Origin: Candidatus Woesearchaeota archaeon
Lineage (GTDB): Archaea > Nanobdellota > Nanobdellia > SCGC-AAA011-G17 > UBA489
NCBI GenBank assembly: GCA_018655015.1
Contig: JABIKK010000011.1
Coordinates: forward strand, 111,736 to 175,735
DNA length: 64,000 nt
Reading direction: 5' to 3'
Shown here in pieces: positions 1-9,156 of the stretch (positions are counted from its first letter, which is position 1; each line of letters starts with the position of its first letter). Under the pieces are notes generated by a model, which ran no database searches, had not been told where the DNA came from, and worked only from the letters and a program-made list of their open reading frames with translations. A program made the position numbers and the translations under genes.

Positions 1-1379
1 CCCATATAGGACATGCGTATCAGAAGATTGTAGCTGACGTTTTATCTAGATGGCACAAGCTTTTGGGAGAAGATGTATTTTATTTAACTGGAACCGATGA
101 ACATGGAAAGAAGGTTGCTGATTCTGCTGAAAAGGCTGGGAAAAAACCAAAGGAATTTGTTGATGAGATTTCTTTGAAGTTTAAAGAGGCTTGGAATAAT
201 TTGAATATTCAGCCGGATAGGTTTATTCGAACAACTGATGAAGATCATTTGAAAGTTGTTAAAGATTTTATTACTAAAGTTAATGATAATGGAGATATTT
301 ACAAGGGAGAGTATAGTGGTTTGTATTGTACTGGATGTGAAGCATATTACACTGAGAAAGATGCTCCGAATTTAGTTTGCCCCGTTCATGAGAAACCATT
401 AGAAACTTTGAAAGAAGAGTCCTATTTCTTTAAGTTGTCTAAGTATCAAGATTTTTTATTAGATTTATATGAAAAGAACCCTGAATTTGTTTCACCGAAA
501 GAGAGAAAGAATGAAGTTATTAATAGGGTAAAAGAAGGATTACAAGATTTTAGCATTAGTAGAACTTCTTTTGATTGGGGAGTACCTTTTCCATTGGACG
601 AGAAACATGTTACTTATGTTTGGTTTGATGCCTTGATTAACTATTACACTGCAGTTGTAGATAAGAAATACTGGCCCGCAAATTTACATTTGTTGGGGAA
701 GGATAACTCTTGGTTCCACTGTGTGTATTGGCCTGCTATGTTAAAGTCTGCAGGTATTGATTTGCCTTTGAAGGGTTTTAATCATGGATTTTTAACATTT
801 AATGGACAGAAAATATCTAAATCATTGGGAAACGTGATATCTTCAAATACCCTTGTTGAGAAATATGGTGCAGATGCAATTAGGTATTTTTGTTTGAGAC
901 ACTTTCCATTTGGTGATGATGGGGATTTTTCAGAAGATGCTTTAATTGAGAGACATAATAGTGAGTTGGCAGATAAGCTAGGGAATTTGGTTAGCAGAGT
1001 TTCTGCTTTAGTTGAAAAATATGATTTAAGTGAGACTGATGCGTTGGATGTTAGTGGAACTGTTAAGAAAGTAGAAGATCATTTGGAAAAATTAGAATTT
1101 GACAAAGCATTGAATGTAATTTTTGCTTTCATTGATTTTTGTAACGAATATATTCAAGGTAAGAAGCCTTGGGAGACCAAGGACAATAAGGTTCTTTACC
1201 AATTAAGTAATGCCATAAAGGACATTACCATATTATTGAGTCCTTTTATTCCTGAGACCTGCGGTAAAATTTCAAAGGTATTTAATTTTAAGATTGAATA
1301 TAATGGTCTTAAGGATAAATTGAAAATTAGTAAAATTAAAAAGGCAGAAGTAATGTTCAATAAGATAGAAAATGACTGA
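1..1379 (+). CDS. metG: Methionyl-tRNA synthetase, catalytic core plus anticodon-binding domain; N-terminus lies upstream of the window
   Basis: Frame 3 is open from nt 3 and reads HIGHAYQKIVADVLSRWHKLLGEDVFYLTGTDEHG. This is the class I HIGH motif sitting right at the window edge. Downstream are the MetRS-typical WFDAL, GKDNxWFH and KISKSLGN (KMSKS-like) motifs. Confidence 0.85.
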   Translation, partial: HIGHAYQKIVADVLSRWHKLLGEDVFYLTGTDEHGKKVADSAEKAGKKPKEFVDEISLKFKEAWNNLNIQPDRFIRTTDEDHLKVVKDFITKVNDNGDIYKGEYSGLYCTGCEAYYTEKDAPNLVCPVHEKPLETLKEESYFFKLSKYQDFLLDLYEKNPEFVSPKERKNEVINRVKEGLQDFSISRTSFDWGVPFPLDEKHVTYVWFDALINYYTAVVDKKYWPANLHLLGKDNSWFHCVYWPAMLKSAGIDLPLKGFNHGFLTFNGQKISKSLGNVISSNTLVEKYGADAIRYFCLRHFPFGDDGDFSEDALIERHNSELADKLGNLVSRVSALVEKYDLSETDALDVSGTVKKVEDHLEKLEFDKALNVIFAFIDFCNEYIQGKKPWETKDNKVLYQLSNAIKDITILLSPFIPETCGKISKVFNFKIEYNGLKDKLKISKIKKAEVMFNKIEND

Positions 1380-1701
1380 AGTTAGCTTTGATGATTGGGG
1401 AAAGTTGGATTTAAGAGTTGGGAAAATACTTGAAGTAGAGAATCATCCAAATGCCGATAAGTTATTTGTGCTAAAAGTTGATATTGGTGAAGAAAAACCT
1501 AGAACTGTTGTTTCTGGTTTAATAGGACATTATTCTGCTGAAGATTTAACTGGTAAGGAGGTAGTTGTCTTTACAAATTTAGCACCTATTGATCTTAGAG
1601 GAGTTAAGAGCGAAGGAATGGTTCTTGCAGCATGCAAGGGTGACAAGGTTGTTCTTCTTTCTCCTGAGAATTCAATTGATGCAGGAACTAGAATTAGTTA
1701 G
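1372..1701 (+). CDS. Stand-alone tRNA-binding OB-fold domain (Trbp111 / EMAP-II / Arc1p-C-like), normally the C-terminal appendage of MetRS
   Basis: The 109-aa product reads GKLDLRVGKILEVENHPNADKLFVLKVDIGEE...SEGMVLA, a typical Myf/Trbp111 domain. Its ATG overlaps the metG TGA stop by 8 nt (ATGACTGA). Confidence 0.7.
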   Translation: MTEVSFDDWGKLDLRVGKILEVENHPNADKLFVLKVDIGEEKPRTVVSGLIGHYSAEDLTGKEVVVFTNLAPIDLRGVKSEGMVLAACKGDKVVLLSPENSIDAGTRIS

Positions 1702-2317
1702 ATCCTTGATCGTTTAAGTTTAATGAAAATCCTAATGCAGTGTTTTTTCTTATTGTGAATTCTAAACCTTTTGAATGATACAATAATGATTTAATTACTA
1801 ATGTTGAATCTTGTTTTAGTGGCATTCTAACAACTTCTTCAGGTACACCAAAGATTGCGTAAATTTCAGTTTTTTCTAAGCCTGCTTTAGTACTTCCTAC
1901 TAAAAATTCATTGAATGTGGGTTTCATTGTTATTCTCTTTACAACACCATTATCTAAAAGAACAATCAATCCTGGTTCTTCTAAACCTATTGATTCTGAA
2001 TATTCTAGTGTTGAAGTTCCGCCACGATAATCTGTTTGTAAATCAGGAGATCCCAAAGTTTCTAAAAGAATTTGTGTTCTATCTCCAACCTTAAGTCCCA
2101 TTACAGAAACATCATTTGCATTGAATTCTTCTAATGAAAAAATATCTGTTTTAGTTATTTCATATTTTGCATCGCTTTCGTAATTATTATTTGGAGTAGA
2201 AATTACAAATGCAAAAACAGCAATGATTATTAAAACTAATATTATCGGAAGTAATGTGGTTTTGTTCTTTACCATCTTTTTTGTACTCATTTTTACTTTT
2301 TTAAAGGTTTTCTTCAT
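1694..2317 (-). CDS. Hypothetical membrane-anchored protein (N-terminal basic segment plus a single TM)
   Basis: 207-aa ORF with an N-terminal KKTFKKVK stretch followed by a hydrophobic helix. I see no recognisable catalytic motif. Confidence 0.4.
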   Translation of the reverse strand: MKKTFKKVKMSTKKMVKNKTTLLPIILVLIIIAVFAFVISTPNNNYESDAKYEITKTDIFSLEEFNANDVSVMGLKVGDRTQILLETLGSPDLQTDYRGGTSTLEYSESIGLEEPGLIVLLDNGVVKRITMKPTFNEFLVGSTKAGLEKTEIYAIFGVPEEVVRMPLKQDSTLVIKSLLYHSKGLEFTIRKNTALGFSLNLNDQGSN

Positions 2318-2334
2318 TTTATCATACTCTTGAA

Positions 2335-2408
2335 TGAGCCCGATCGGATTTGAACCGACGACCTCTCGATTATCAGTCGAGTGCTCTACCAGACTAAGCC
2401 ACGGGCTC
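2335..2408 (-). tRNA. tRNA-Ile (anticodon GAU)
   Basis: The reverse complement GAGCCCGTGGCTTAGTCTGGTAGAGCACTCGACTGATAATCGAGAGGTCGTCGGTTCAAATCCGATCGGGCTCA folds as a cloverleaf. Anticodon arm is CTCGA/CTGATAA/TCGAG, and there is a GTTCAAATC T-loop. Confidence 0.85.
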
Positions 2409-2463
2409 TTACTTTTAATTTCTTTTTATACCAATTTATAAGATTTTCTGGCGAGAAAAAAAG

Positions 2464-2536
2464 CGTCCCGGGAAGGATTTGAACCTTCGACCTCACGGTT
2501 AACAGCCGTGTGCTCTAACCACTGAGCTACCGAGAC
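2464..2536 (-). tRNA. tRNA-Asn (anticodon GUU)
   Basis: The reverse complement GTCTCGGTAGCTCAGTGGTTAGAGCACACGGCTGTTAACCGTGAGGTCGAAGGTTCAAATCCTTCCCGGGACG folds as a cloverleaf. Anticodon arm is CACGG/CTGTTAA/CCGTG. Confidence 0.85.
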
Positions 2537-2579
2537 TTGATAATAAACCTGATTTGGTTTGTTTAAAAGATTTTCCACG

Positions 2580-3479
2580 CTATCTTGTGAGAATAAATGC
2601 TAGGAGGATAATGAATCCTACGATTATGAGGGACATTGTGACAATTAAACCTGCAGCTTCGCCTTTTAGGAAAGAATCTATGAAGCTTTCTTTGTCTACT
2701 GTTAATTGCTGAGGAACTTGGATAGGAACACTTTCTTCAGTGGTTTTTGGTTCACAGCAGCAAGACTTTTCTGAAGTACAGTACTGGAATCCTTTGTTTA
2801 CTTCTCCATCCTGGCAGATGTTAACATTTGGGTTTGTTGGAACATCTCTGCAAAATGCTTCTCCAAAACCTTCTTCATTACAAATTTCGAAACAGGATTT
2901 CTTATTACAATCTGGAAAACATAGGAATGTTTCTCCTGGATCACAAACTCCATCTCCGCAAATGAATTCACTTTCTTCTTTTGCTTTTTCTAAATCTAGA
3001 TTAGCCGGTTCTAAAGACATTCCTGAAACTAGGATGAAAGAGTGTTCGTCAAGTAATGGGTAGTCGGGATAATTTTTTAGAATTAGTCCTGCCCTTCTTC
3101 GATCATCAGGTGTTGTTCCGGTCACAATTAAGTTGTTGCCATCTACTTTTATTATTGCTTGACCTTCTTCGTATGGCCAAAGATCACAGTCATACCCAAG
3201 GACTTCTTTCATGTAATCACTTCCACATGGCGGACCGACCAATATTTGAGGGAGGCTAACACTTATTTCCCCTTCAAGAACTGTTTTAACATCTAACAAA
3301 TTATGTTTGAGGAGTCCTAGTACAATCTCAGTTGCTGAAGATATATCTCCACCTAGGGAATTATCACCTAAAACCAAATAATAGTATTCGTCTGTATTTT
3401 CCATAATGTCCATTACGGTAGCTGCACTTGCTGTAGGGACTAGTATTAGAAGGATTAAAAATAAGTACGCTCTTTTCAT
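2580..3479 (-). CDS. Secreted Cys-rich protein with Sec signal peptide and C-terminal TM anchor (surface protein)
   Basis: The N-terminus MKRAYLFLILLILVPTASA looks like a signal peptide. A dense Cys cluster follows (CGDGVCDPGETFLCFPDCNKKSCFEICN...CCCEP). The C-terminus is a hydrophobic helix ending in a basic residue. Confidence 0.45.
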   Translation of the reverse strand: MKRAYLFLILLILVPTASAATVMDIMENTDEYYYLVLGDNSLGGDISSATEIVLGLLKHNLLDVKTVLEGEISVSLPQILVGPPCGSDYMKEVLGYDCDLWPYEEGQAIIKVDGNNLIVTGTTPDDRRRAGLILKNYPDYPLLDEHSFILVSGMSLEPANLDLEKAKEESEFICGDGVCDPGETFLCFPDCNKKSCFEICNEEGFGEAFCRDVPTNPNVNICQDGEVNKGFQYCTSEKSCCCEPKTTEESVPIQVPQQLTVDKESFIDSFLKGEAAGLIVTMSLIIVGFIILLAFILTR

Positions 3480-4381
3480 ATTTTTTTAAATATCATGAAA
3501 CCTTTTAATGTTTTCTCTAGATATTCCTTTGATTTTTTTGTTTGTTCGCCAGTTGTTAGGAATAATGTGGGCATTTTTTTGTTTTGGCCTTTTTGATGTG
3601 CTAACATTATGTCTTGATCTGAGACCTTTTTCTTGTTCTTTGCACATACGAACATTTCTAGGGGCCCTATTTGTGAGGCTATTTTTATTACGAAGTTAGA
3701 TTCTGAATTCTTTCTTACAATTTCTTTTTCTAGGATTTTGATATTACTCTTTGAGAAGAATGTTTCAATGTCTTTAGAGAAAGTGTCTTCTTTTTTTGTT
3801 TTTGGTGAAGGTTTTGTTTCTGGAACTATCTTTGTTTGATTTTCTTCAGGTCGCTTTATTGTTTTAACTTGTACGGGGATTTGTTTAACTTTTGTAATTG
3901 GTTGTTTAATTTGTGTTGGAAGTTCTTTGGATAAGTACCATTGCCATGCTGGCTCCCCATTAACATTTATTGGTTTTGAAAAATCAGGTATACTACTTAA
4001 TGCAACACGCATAACCGGCGTTGTTTCTTTTGCTTTAATTACTTCTTTTTCTTTTAGTAAATCATATGCTTTCTTTTCTGCATCTGGAAGATAATCGTAG
4101 AGTATCTCTAGCTTTTCTTCTTGGCCAGGAACGTAATAAACTCTTGAGCCTCCAACTTTTGCATTGCTTAATTTGATTGTTTTTGATTCTGTTAATTCGG
4201 AGAGTACTGCCCCCACAAAGAATGATTCTCTCCCAACACCTTGTGAAATTTTAACGGGGTATGATGGACCTTCTTTTTGTAAAAATTCTAGAACTTGTGC
4301 CTTAAGATTTTTAGTAGGATTTCTCTCTTCCCCATTTGGTTTGTTTGTAGCCCTCTCTGCTAAGGAATGTGCATCTAACAT
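3476..4381 (-). CDS. Winged-helix domain protein, function unknown (possibly a TFE/Rpc34-like wH)
   Basis: The N-terminal ~90 aa (VLEFLQKEGPSYPVKISQGVGRES...GGSRVYYV) look like a wH fold. The rest is Lys/Pro/Thr-rich low complexity. It overlaps the upstream gene by 4 nt. Confidence 0.35.
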   Translation of the reverse strand: MLDAHSLAERATNKPNGEERNPTKNLKAQVLEFLQKEGPSYPVKISQGVGRESFFVGAVLSELTESKTIKLSNAKVGGSRVYYVPGQEEKLEILYDYLPDAEKKAYDLLKEKEVIKAKETTPVMRVALSSIPDFSKPINVNGEPAWQWYLSKELPTQIKQPITKVKQIPVQVKTIKRPEENQTKIVPETKPSPKTKKEDTFSKDIETFFSKSNIKILEKEIVRKNSESNFVIKIASQIGPLEMFVCAKNKKKVSDQDIMLAHQKGQNKKMPTLFLTTGEQTKKSKEYLEKTLKGFMIFKKI

Positions 4382-4412
4382 AGGCTATTTTTAGTGTCTG
4401 AATATATAAGAA

Positions 4413-4943
4413 TTATGGCTTTTTCCAAGCGATTTCGTAGTAAGTAACATCATCTTCTTCATCTACAACCCCAATTAAAAGGTTCTTTCTTGTTGAATGA
4501 GATACTCTATTTTTAGCTGAAAAATCATGCCACGTTAATGTATTTGATTCGTGTACTGGAAAAACAATCCATTTTGCGTGATCTTCACCAGGTTTGATTC
4601 CTTTGTCATATACTCTAAAGTCTGCTCCAAATTTTAGGGCAGTTTTTACAATGTAACCCTTTGCTCTTAAGTTGGAAAAGACTACGTATTTAACCCAGAA
4701 GTTTTTGTCTATCTTTCTTGCTTTTTTTAGGAAGTCTTCTTTTGAAAGTGATTTATTTTTATCTAAGAGTTCTATTTTCTTATTTTCTAATAGGAATAGT
4801 GCTTCGGATAATGAATACTTGAATTTGCCTGAAACTAGTTCTCCAAAACGACTTTTGTCATAGAGTTCTCTAGGTTGGGGTCCGTCTTCTGCTGTTGCCC
4901 CCTCACCCACAAAATTTGCTTGAAAGGTTTTCTTAGCTGCCAT
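4413..4943 (-). CDS. endA: tRNA-splicing endonuclease (short homotetramer-type EndA)
   Basis: 176 aa. The C-terminal catalytic domain reads LRAKGYIVKTALKFGADFRVYDKG...HAKWIV, matching the archaeal EndA Tyr/His/Lys catalytic-triad region. Confidence 0.75.
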   Translation of the reverse strand: MAAKKTFQANFVGEGATAEDGPQPRELYDKSRFGELVSGKFKYSLSEALFLLENKKIELLDKNKSLSKEDFLKKARKIDKNFWVKYVVFSNLRAKGYIVKTALKFGADFRVYDKGIKPGEDHAKWIVFPVHESNTLTWHDFSAKNRVSHSTRKNLLIGVVDEEDDVTYYEIAWKKP

Positions 4944-4994
4944 ATTTGCCTTAAAAAAGAACCATTTATAAAAGTCTTTGGGTAGAGTTTTTTT

Positions 4995-5897
4995 ATGGAA
5001 GTTACATTTTTGGGAACCTCTTCAATGGTGCCTACAAAGGAACGTGGACAAAGTGGTATATTGATAGACTGTGGTAGAGAGAAAGTTCTAGTTGATTGTG
5101 GAGAAAACATGCAAAGACAATTAAGGATTGCAGGGATTGCTCCTCCAAAAATTACAAGAATATTTATTTCACATTGGCATGGAGACCATATTTTTGGTTT
5201 GCCAGGATTGTTAGAGAACTTAGCTAAAAATTCTTTTGAGAAAAAGATTGAAATTTATGGAACTATTGATGTTAAGAAGAAGTTGATGCAGTTAGTTAGA
5301 ACGTTTGATATTGGGCACAAGATAAAGATTAATTTTACTGTGATTGAGAAAGGTGGAGTTTTTTTAGATACTGACGATTATCAATTTGGTGCTTATTTCT
5401 TGAAGCACACTATCCCTTGTTTAGGTTATTATACTAAGGAAAAGGATAAAGTTTGTGTTGATAAGGTAAAAATGAAGAAATTAAAATTACCTTCTGGACC
5501 AATTATTGCTAAGTTGAAAAATAAAAAAGATGTAGAATTCAATGGAAGGAAGATTAAATGGAAGGATGTTACATATGTTAAGGAAGGTAAGAAGGTTAGT
5601 GTTGTTTTAGATACGGCTATCTGTAGTGCTGCTGTTAGCGTTTGTAAGGATTCTGATCTGTTGATTTGTGAGGCTACATTTTTGAAGGAAATGAAAGTTA
5701 AGGCAAAAAAGTATAATCATTTAACATCTGAAGATGCAGGTGAATTAGCTAAGAAAGGCAAATGTAAGAAACTAGTAATTACTCACTTTAGTCAAAGATA
5801 TGAAAAGAGTGAAATTGAGACTATGGTTAAAGAAGCAAAAAAAGTCTTTAAGAAAGAAGTTATTGATGCTAAAGATTTTATGAAAATTAAAGTTTAA
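4995..5897 (+). CDS. rnz: Ribonuclease Z (tRNA 3' processing, metallo-beta-lactamase fold)
   Basis: Starts MEVTFLGTSSMVPT...GILIDCG and carries the HWHGDH (HxHxDH) zinc motif. At 300 aa it is the size of short-form RNase Z. Confidence 0.8.
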   Translation: MEVTFLGTSSMVPTKERGQSGILIDCGREKVLVDCGENMQRQLRIAGIAPPKITRIFISHWHGDHIFGLPGLLENLAKNSFEKKIEIYGTIDVKKKLMQLVRTFDIGHKIKINFTVIEKGGVFLDTDDYQFGAYFLKHTIPCLGYYTKEKDKVCVDKVKMKKLKLPSGPIIAKLKNKKDVEFNGRKIKWKDVTYVKEGKKVSVVLDTAICSAAVSVCKDSDLLICEATFLKEMKVKAKKYNHLTSEDAGELAKKGKCKKLVITHFSQRYEKSEIETMVKEAKKVFKKEVIDAKDFMKIKV

Positions 5898-6731
5898 TTA
5901 TTTCTTTCTTCTTTTAGTTGTTTTTTTCTTTGCTCTTTTAATTTTTCTAGGAGTTTTTTTAGTTATCCTCTGGTAAACATTAAATGTGAATAGGTTGCCC
6001 CATGCGGAGATTAATAGAACTATCAACAAAAATACTGTTGAAATTATAATGCCCATAGCTCCAGTGGATTCTGGGAAAAGGCCCTCTAATATTGCGGCTG
6101 CAAAGTTTACAATTAATACAATGACTAACAATCCAAATACTAACATTCTATTTTTACTGAATGTTTTGAATGAATTTTTTATTGCATCTGCTGCGTTTAA
6201 GTTCTTTTGGAATAATGCTGCTTCTTTTAGTAATAATGCTAAGACAATATAAATCAGTAATAGAACTGCAAGCACCATTGCTAGAACCTCAAATAAGTTT
6301 CTTAACAATAAATAAATAATTATGGCTGCGACAAATCCAATTAATAGAATTACTAGAGACAAAATCTTTAATCCAATTACTCTCCAATAAAATTTATGGG
6401 AGTCCTGGAATGCTTTCCACATATTGAATTCTTTGCCCTTCATTGCTTCAATGATCATTTTCAGCTTGAATGCTTTTAACCCTGCACCTATGAAAAATGC
6501 AACTAGAACGAATACGAATAATGAACCTACTAAACTACCAAAGTTTGCGGCAACATAGGATTCAAGTCCTGTTTCTAATGCCTCTGGAGCAATGTTTGCA
6601 AGTCCTGTTATTCTTGTAAACATTCCTAATAAAAGTAAACTAACTATGAAGAATAAGATATCTGGAAATATGAGTTTCAGTCTAAGTTGATTCAAACTCT
6701 TTTTTATTTCGTCTTTGTAAATGTTGATCAC
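5898..6731 (-). CDS. Polytopic membrane protein with a Lys/Arg-rich C-terminal tail
   Basis: About 7 predicted hydrophobic helices. The C-terminus reads KKTPRKIKRAKKKTTKRRKK. Confidence 0.4.
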   Translation of the reverse strand: MINIYKDEIKKSLNQLRLKLIFPDILFFIVSLLLLGMFTRITGLANIAPEALETGLESYVAANFGSLVGSLFVFVLVAFFIGAGLKAFKLKMIIEAMKGKEFNMWKAFQDSHKFYWRVIGLKILSLVILLIGFVAAIIIYLLLRNLFEVLAMVLAVLLLIYIVLALLLKEAALFQKNLNAADAIKNSFKTFSKNRMLVFGLLVIVLIVNFAAAILEGLFPESTGAMGIIISTVFLLIVLLISAWGNLFTFNVYQRITKKTPRKIKRAKKKTTKRRKK

Positions 6732-7664
6732 CTATTCCTCTTCTTGTTTTGGTTTGTTTAGCTCTTTTTTAAATTTATCTTTTAGGTTTAATTTGTTAAA
6801 AAGCTCTTTGTACCTGTTCCTGATAGTAACTTCCGTTACTCCGGCTACATCTGCTACTTCTCTTTGGGTCCTTTTTTCATCTTTTGTTAAAGCTGCAACG
6901 TATAATGATGCTGCCGCAATTCCAGTTGGACCTCTTCCTGAAGTTAGATCTGCTGCTTCTGCCATTTCTAGTATTTCTACAGATTTTGATTGTGTTTCTG
7001 CTGAAAGTTTTAATGCTGAAGCAAATCTTGGAATGTAGTCTACAGGATTTGATGGAAGGATTCTAATTCCTAACTCTCTTGTTATGAATCTATATGTTCT
7101 TCCAACTTCTTTCTTTTCTATTCCTGAAGCTTCGCTTAATTCGTCTAAGGTTCTTGGGATTTCATGACGTCTGCAAGCTGCGTATAATGCACCTGCAACA
7201 ACTGATTCCATAGAACGTCCTCTTACTAAGCCTCTTTGTACTGCTAAAGTGTAAATTTTAGCTGCTTCTTCTTCAACTGCTTTTGGTAATTTTAGGTAAG
7301 AAGCTACACGTTTTAATTCTGCTAATGCAAGTTTAAGATTTCTTTCAATTGCTGTTGAAATTCTGTATTGCCATTTTCTAAGTCTTAAGAATTTGTTCAT
7401 ACCTTTTCCATCTAATTGGAAGATATCTCCTCTTTGACCAATATCAGTTCCTAGACCTCTGTCGTATCTTGTGTACGTCATAGGTGCTCCGGTTCTTCTT
7501 CTTTTTTCTTGGTCGTTTTCGAATTCTCTCCATTCTTGGCCGAAATCAACCATTCTTTCTTCTAGAACTAGACCACAGTCTTTACATACTAATTCACCAC
7601 GATCTTTATCTGCAATTAAATTTGTAGAACTGCATTCTGGGCACTTCTTTGTTTTCTGGGGCAT
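6732..7664 (-). CDS. tfb: Transcription initiation factor TFB (TFIIB homologue)
   Basis: N-terminal zinc ribbon CPECSSTNLIADKDRGELVCKDCGLV, then the B-linker/reader region and two cyclin-fold repeats. 310 aa. Confidence 0.9.
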   Translation of the reverse strand: MPQKTKKCPECSSTNLIADKDRGELVCKDCGLVLEERMVDFGQEWREFENDQEKRRRTGAPMTYTRYDRGLGTDIGQRGDIFQLDGKGMNKFLRLRKWQYRISTAIERNLKLALAELKRVASYLKLPKAVEEEAAKIYTLAVQRGLVRGRSMESVVAGALYAACRRHEIPRTLDELSEASGIEKKEVGRTYRFITRELGIRILPSNPVDYIPRFASALKLSAETQSKSVEILEMAEAADLTSGRGPTGIAAASLYVAALTKDEKRTQREVADVAGVTEVTIRNRYKELFNKLNLKDKFKKELNKPKQEEE

Positions 7665-7718
7665 TTTATGCGCCTCCTATGATTCCATAAGAATTTATGG
7701 TTTTGTAAGATAGTAATA

Positions 7719-7726
7719 TTTATAAA
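7719..7726 (-). promoter_or_regulatory. Candidate TATA box (TTTATAAA) upstream of tfb
   Basis: Palindromic AT-rich octamer about 55-62 nt upstream of the tfb start, in an AT-rich intergenic region. No TSS data. Confidence 0.3.
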
Positions 7727-7796
7727 GAAAGTGAAGAGGTTGTATTTAAGTGTTTCTATTTATAAAACTGTGGATGTAAATTAGTGTTTTGACTGT

Positions 7797-8384
7797 TTAT
7801 TCATTTTTTACAAATGGCCTTCTCAATAGGCAAATAAAGAAGATGAGCAAATTTGCCAAGGTTATTGTAATGATATAAGTTAGAGTTAGTACATTATATT
7901 CCCGTAGGGCTAGTATTGCAAAAACATTGGATAATGCAAATAGCGCCCAAGAAGGTAAAGTTTTGCTCCAGGGTTGTTTGTATGTCTTTCTAAAGCTAGG
8001 TATGTATCCTAAAAAATCTATGGATGAAACCATTATTACAGATATTAGGGGCTTGCCCAATTGCCACCAAACTAAAATTGCACAAATTGCAAGTGCTAAA
8101 ACGATTGTATCGCTTTTGGTTATATCTTTAGTACCATATTTTAAAGAAAATAAGAAAACTGCAAAAACAAAAAATAAACCTACTGCTAAGTTCATAGCAC
8201 CAATGCCTCCACCAGCGTATAACATTGCAAACACTGCCGTTCCTTGTGTTAATGCCCAAATCAACCATGTATATGCATGAGGCTTTGTTTTCCTATTTAA
8301 TGTGTCTTTGAGATAAGGGAAAAATGCAACAATGCCAATAAAGGTGGCAATAATTGCAAGAATAATCTTTATATCCCAAATCAT
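7797..8384 (-). CDS. Hypothetical integral membrane protein (about 6 TM)
   Basis: Hydrophobic throughout, with no soluble domain. Confidence 0.4.
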   Translation of the reverse strand: MIWDIKIILAIIATFIGIVAFFPYLKDTLNRKTKPHAYTWLIWALTQGTAVFAMLYAGGGIGAMNLAVGLFFVFAVFLFSLKYGTKDITKSDTIVLALAICAILVWWQLGKPLISVIMVSSIDFLGYIPSFRKTYKQPWSKTLPSWALFALSNVFAILALREYNVLTLTYIITITLANLLIFFICLLRRPFVKNE

Positions 8385-8390
8385 TTCTTC

Positions 8391-9122
8391 TTAAACCAAC
8401 TCATAAACAACGTTAACGACTGCGTTTAGATTTATGTCTCGAACATCTAATGTTGTTGGGATTGCTTGTGCTTCATCCATAGATAATTCAGCTCTTGCAT
8501 ATGCAATTGGAGGCTGATAACCATAATCATTTGTTGTAACAGAAACTAACTTACCGACTTTCATGTTTAGGCCAGAAGCAATAGCCTCAGCCTTACTCTT
8601 TGCATCTGTAGCAGCACTAGCTAATACATCAGATTTAAGTTCATTATTCTTTTCAAAAGATAATTCGGAAGTAATTCTGTTAACTAATCCACCATTATCA
8701 ACAATTGCATCGACAACGTCTCCCATTAAGTCTTGATCTTTAATTGTAATTTTTATTGTATGTGAAGCAACAAATTCTGAATCTTCGTCTTTTTGTTCTT
8801 CAAACCAATTAAACTGTTCATACACATTATAGTTTTCTGTTTTGATATTATCTTCGGGGATATTTAATAGTTTAAGATCTTGTATTATTTTATTTGATAT
8901 AATTGAGTTTGAATCCTTAGCTTCTTTTGCTGTATCTTTTATTGATTGTATTTGTGCATAAACACCAATTTCATCTGGTGCAACTGTTAATTGGGAATTT
9001 CCAGTAACTTGAACTGTTTGTCCTTGCTTTTGTGGTGCAAAGAAAGATAATCCAATTAAGAATGCAATTGCAATAATAACAACTGTGATAATGATTGTCT
9101 TGGAATTAGACTCTTTTTTCAT
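8391..9122 (-). CDS. SIMPL/DUF541-family exported protein (YggE-like)
   Basis: N-terminal TM or signal sequence. The pattern VQVTGNSQLTVAPDEIGVYAQIQS...AKEAKDSN...NIKTENYNVY and the C-terminal AKSKAEAIASGLNMKVGKLVSV parallel E. coli YggE (IVTSGTASVDAVPDIATL...). Confidence 0.5.
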   Translation of the reverse strand: MKKESNSKTIIITVVIIAIAFLIGLSFFAPQKQGQTVQVTGNSQLTVAPDEIGVYAQIQSIKDTAKEAKDSNSIISNKIIQDLKLLNIPEDNIKTENYNVYEQFNWFEEQKDEDSEFVASHTIKITIKDQDLMGDVVDAIVDNGGLVNRITSELSFEKNNELKSDVLASAATDAKSKAEAIASGLNMKVGKLVSVTTNDYGYQPPIAYARAELSMDEAQAIPTTLDVRDINLNAVVNVVYELV

Positions 9123-9156
9123 AAAAATATTAGAGTTAAGGATTATTTAAGCATAT

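Noticed and set aside
2740-3259. Small plus-strand ORFs (107 and 67 aa) inside the minus-strand surface-protein gene
   Set aside because: They are antisense to a well-formed 299-aa ORF and low-complexity. They are likely spurious.
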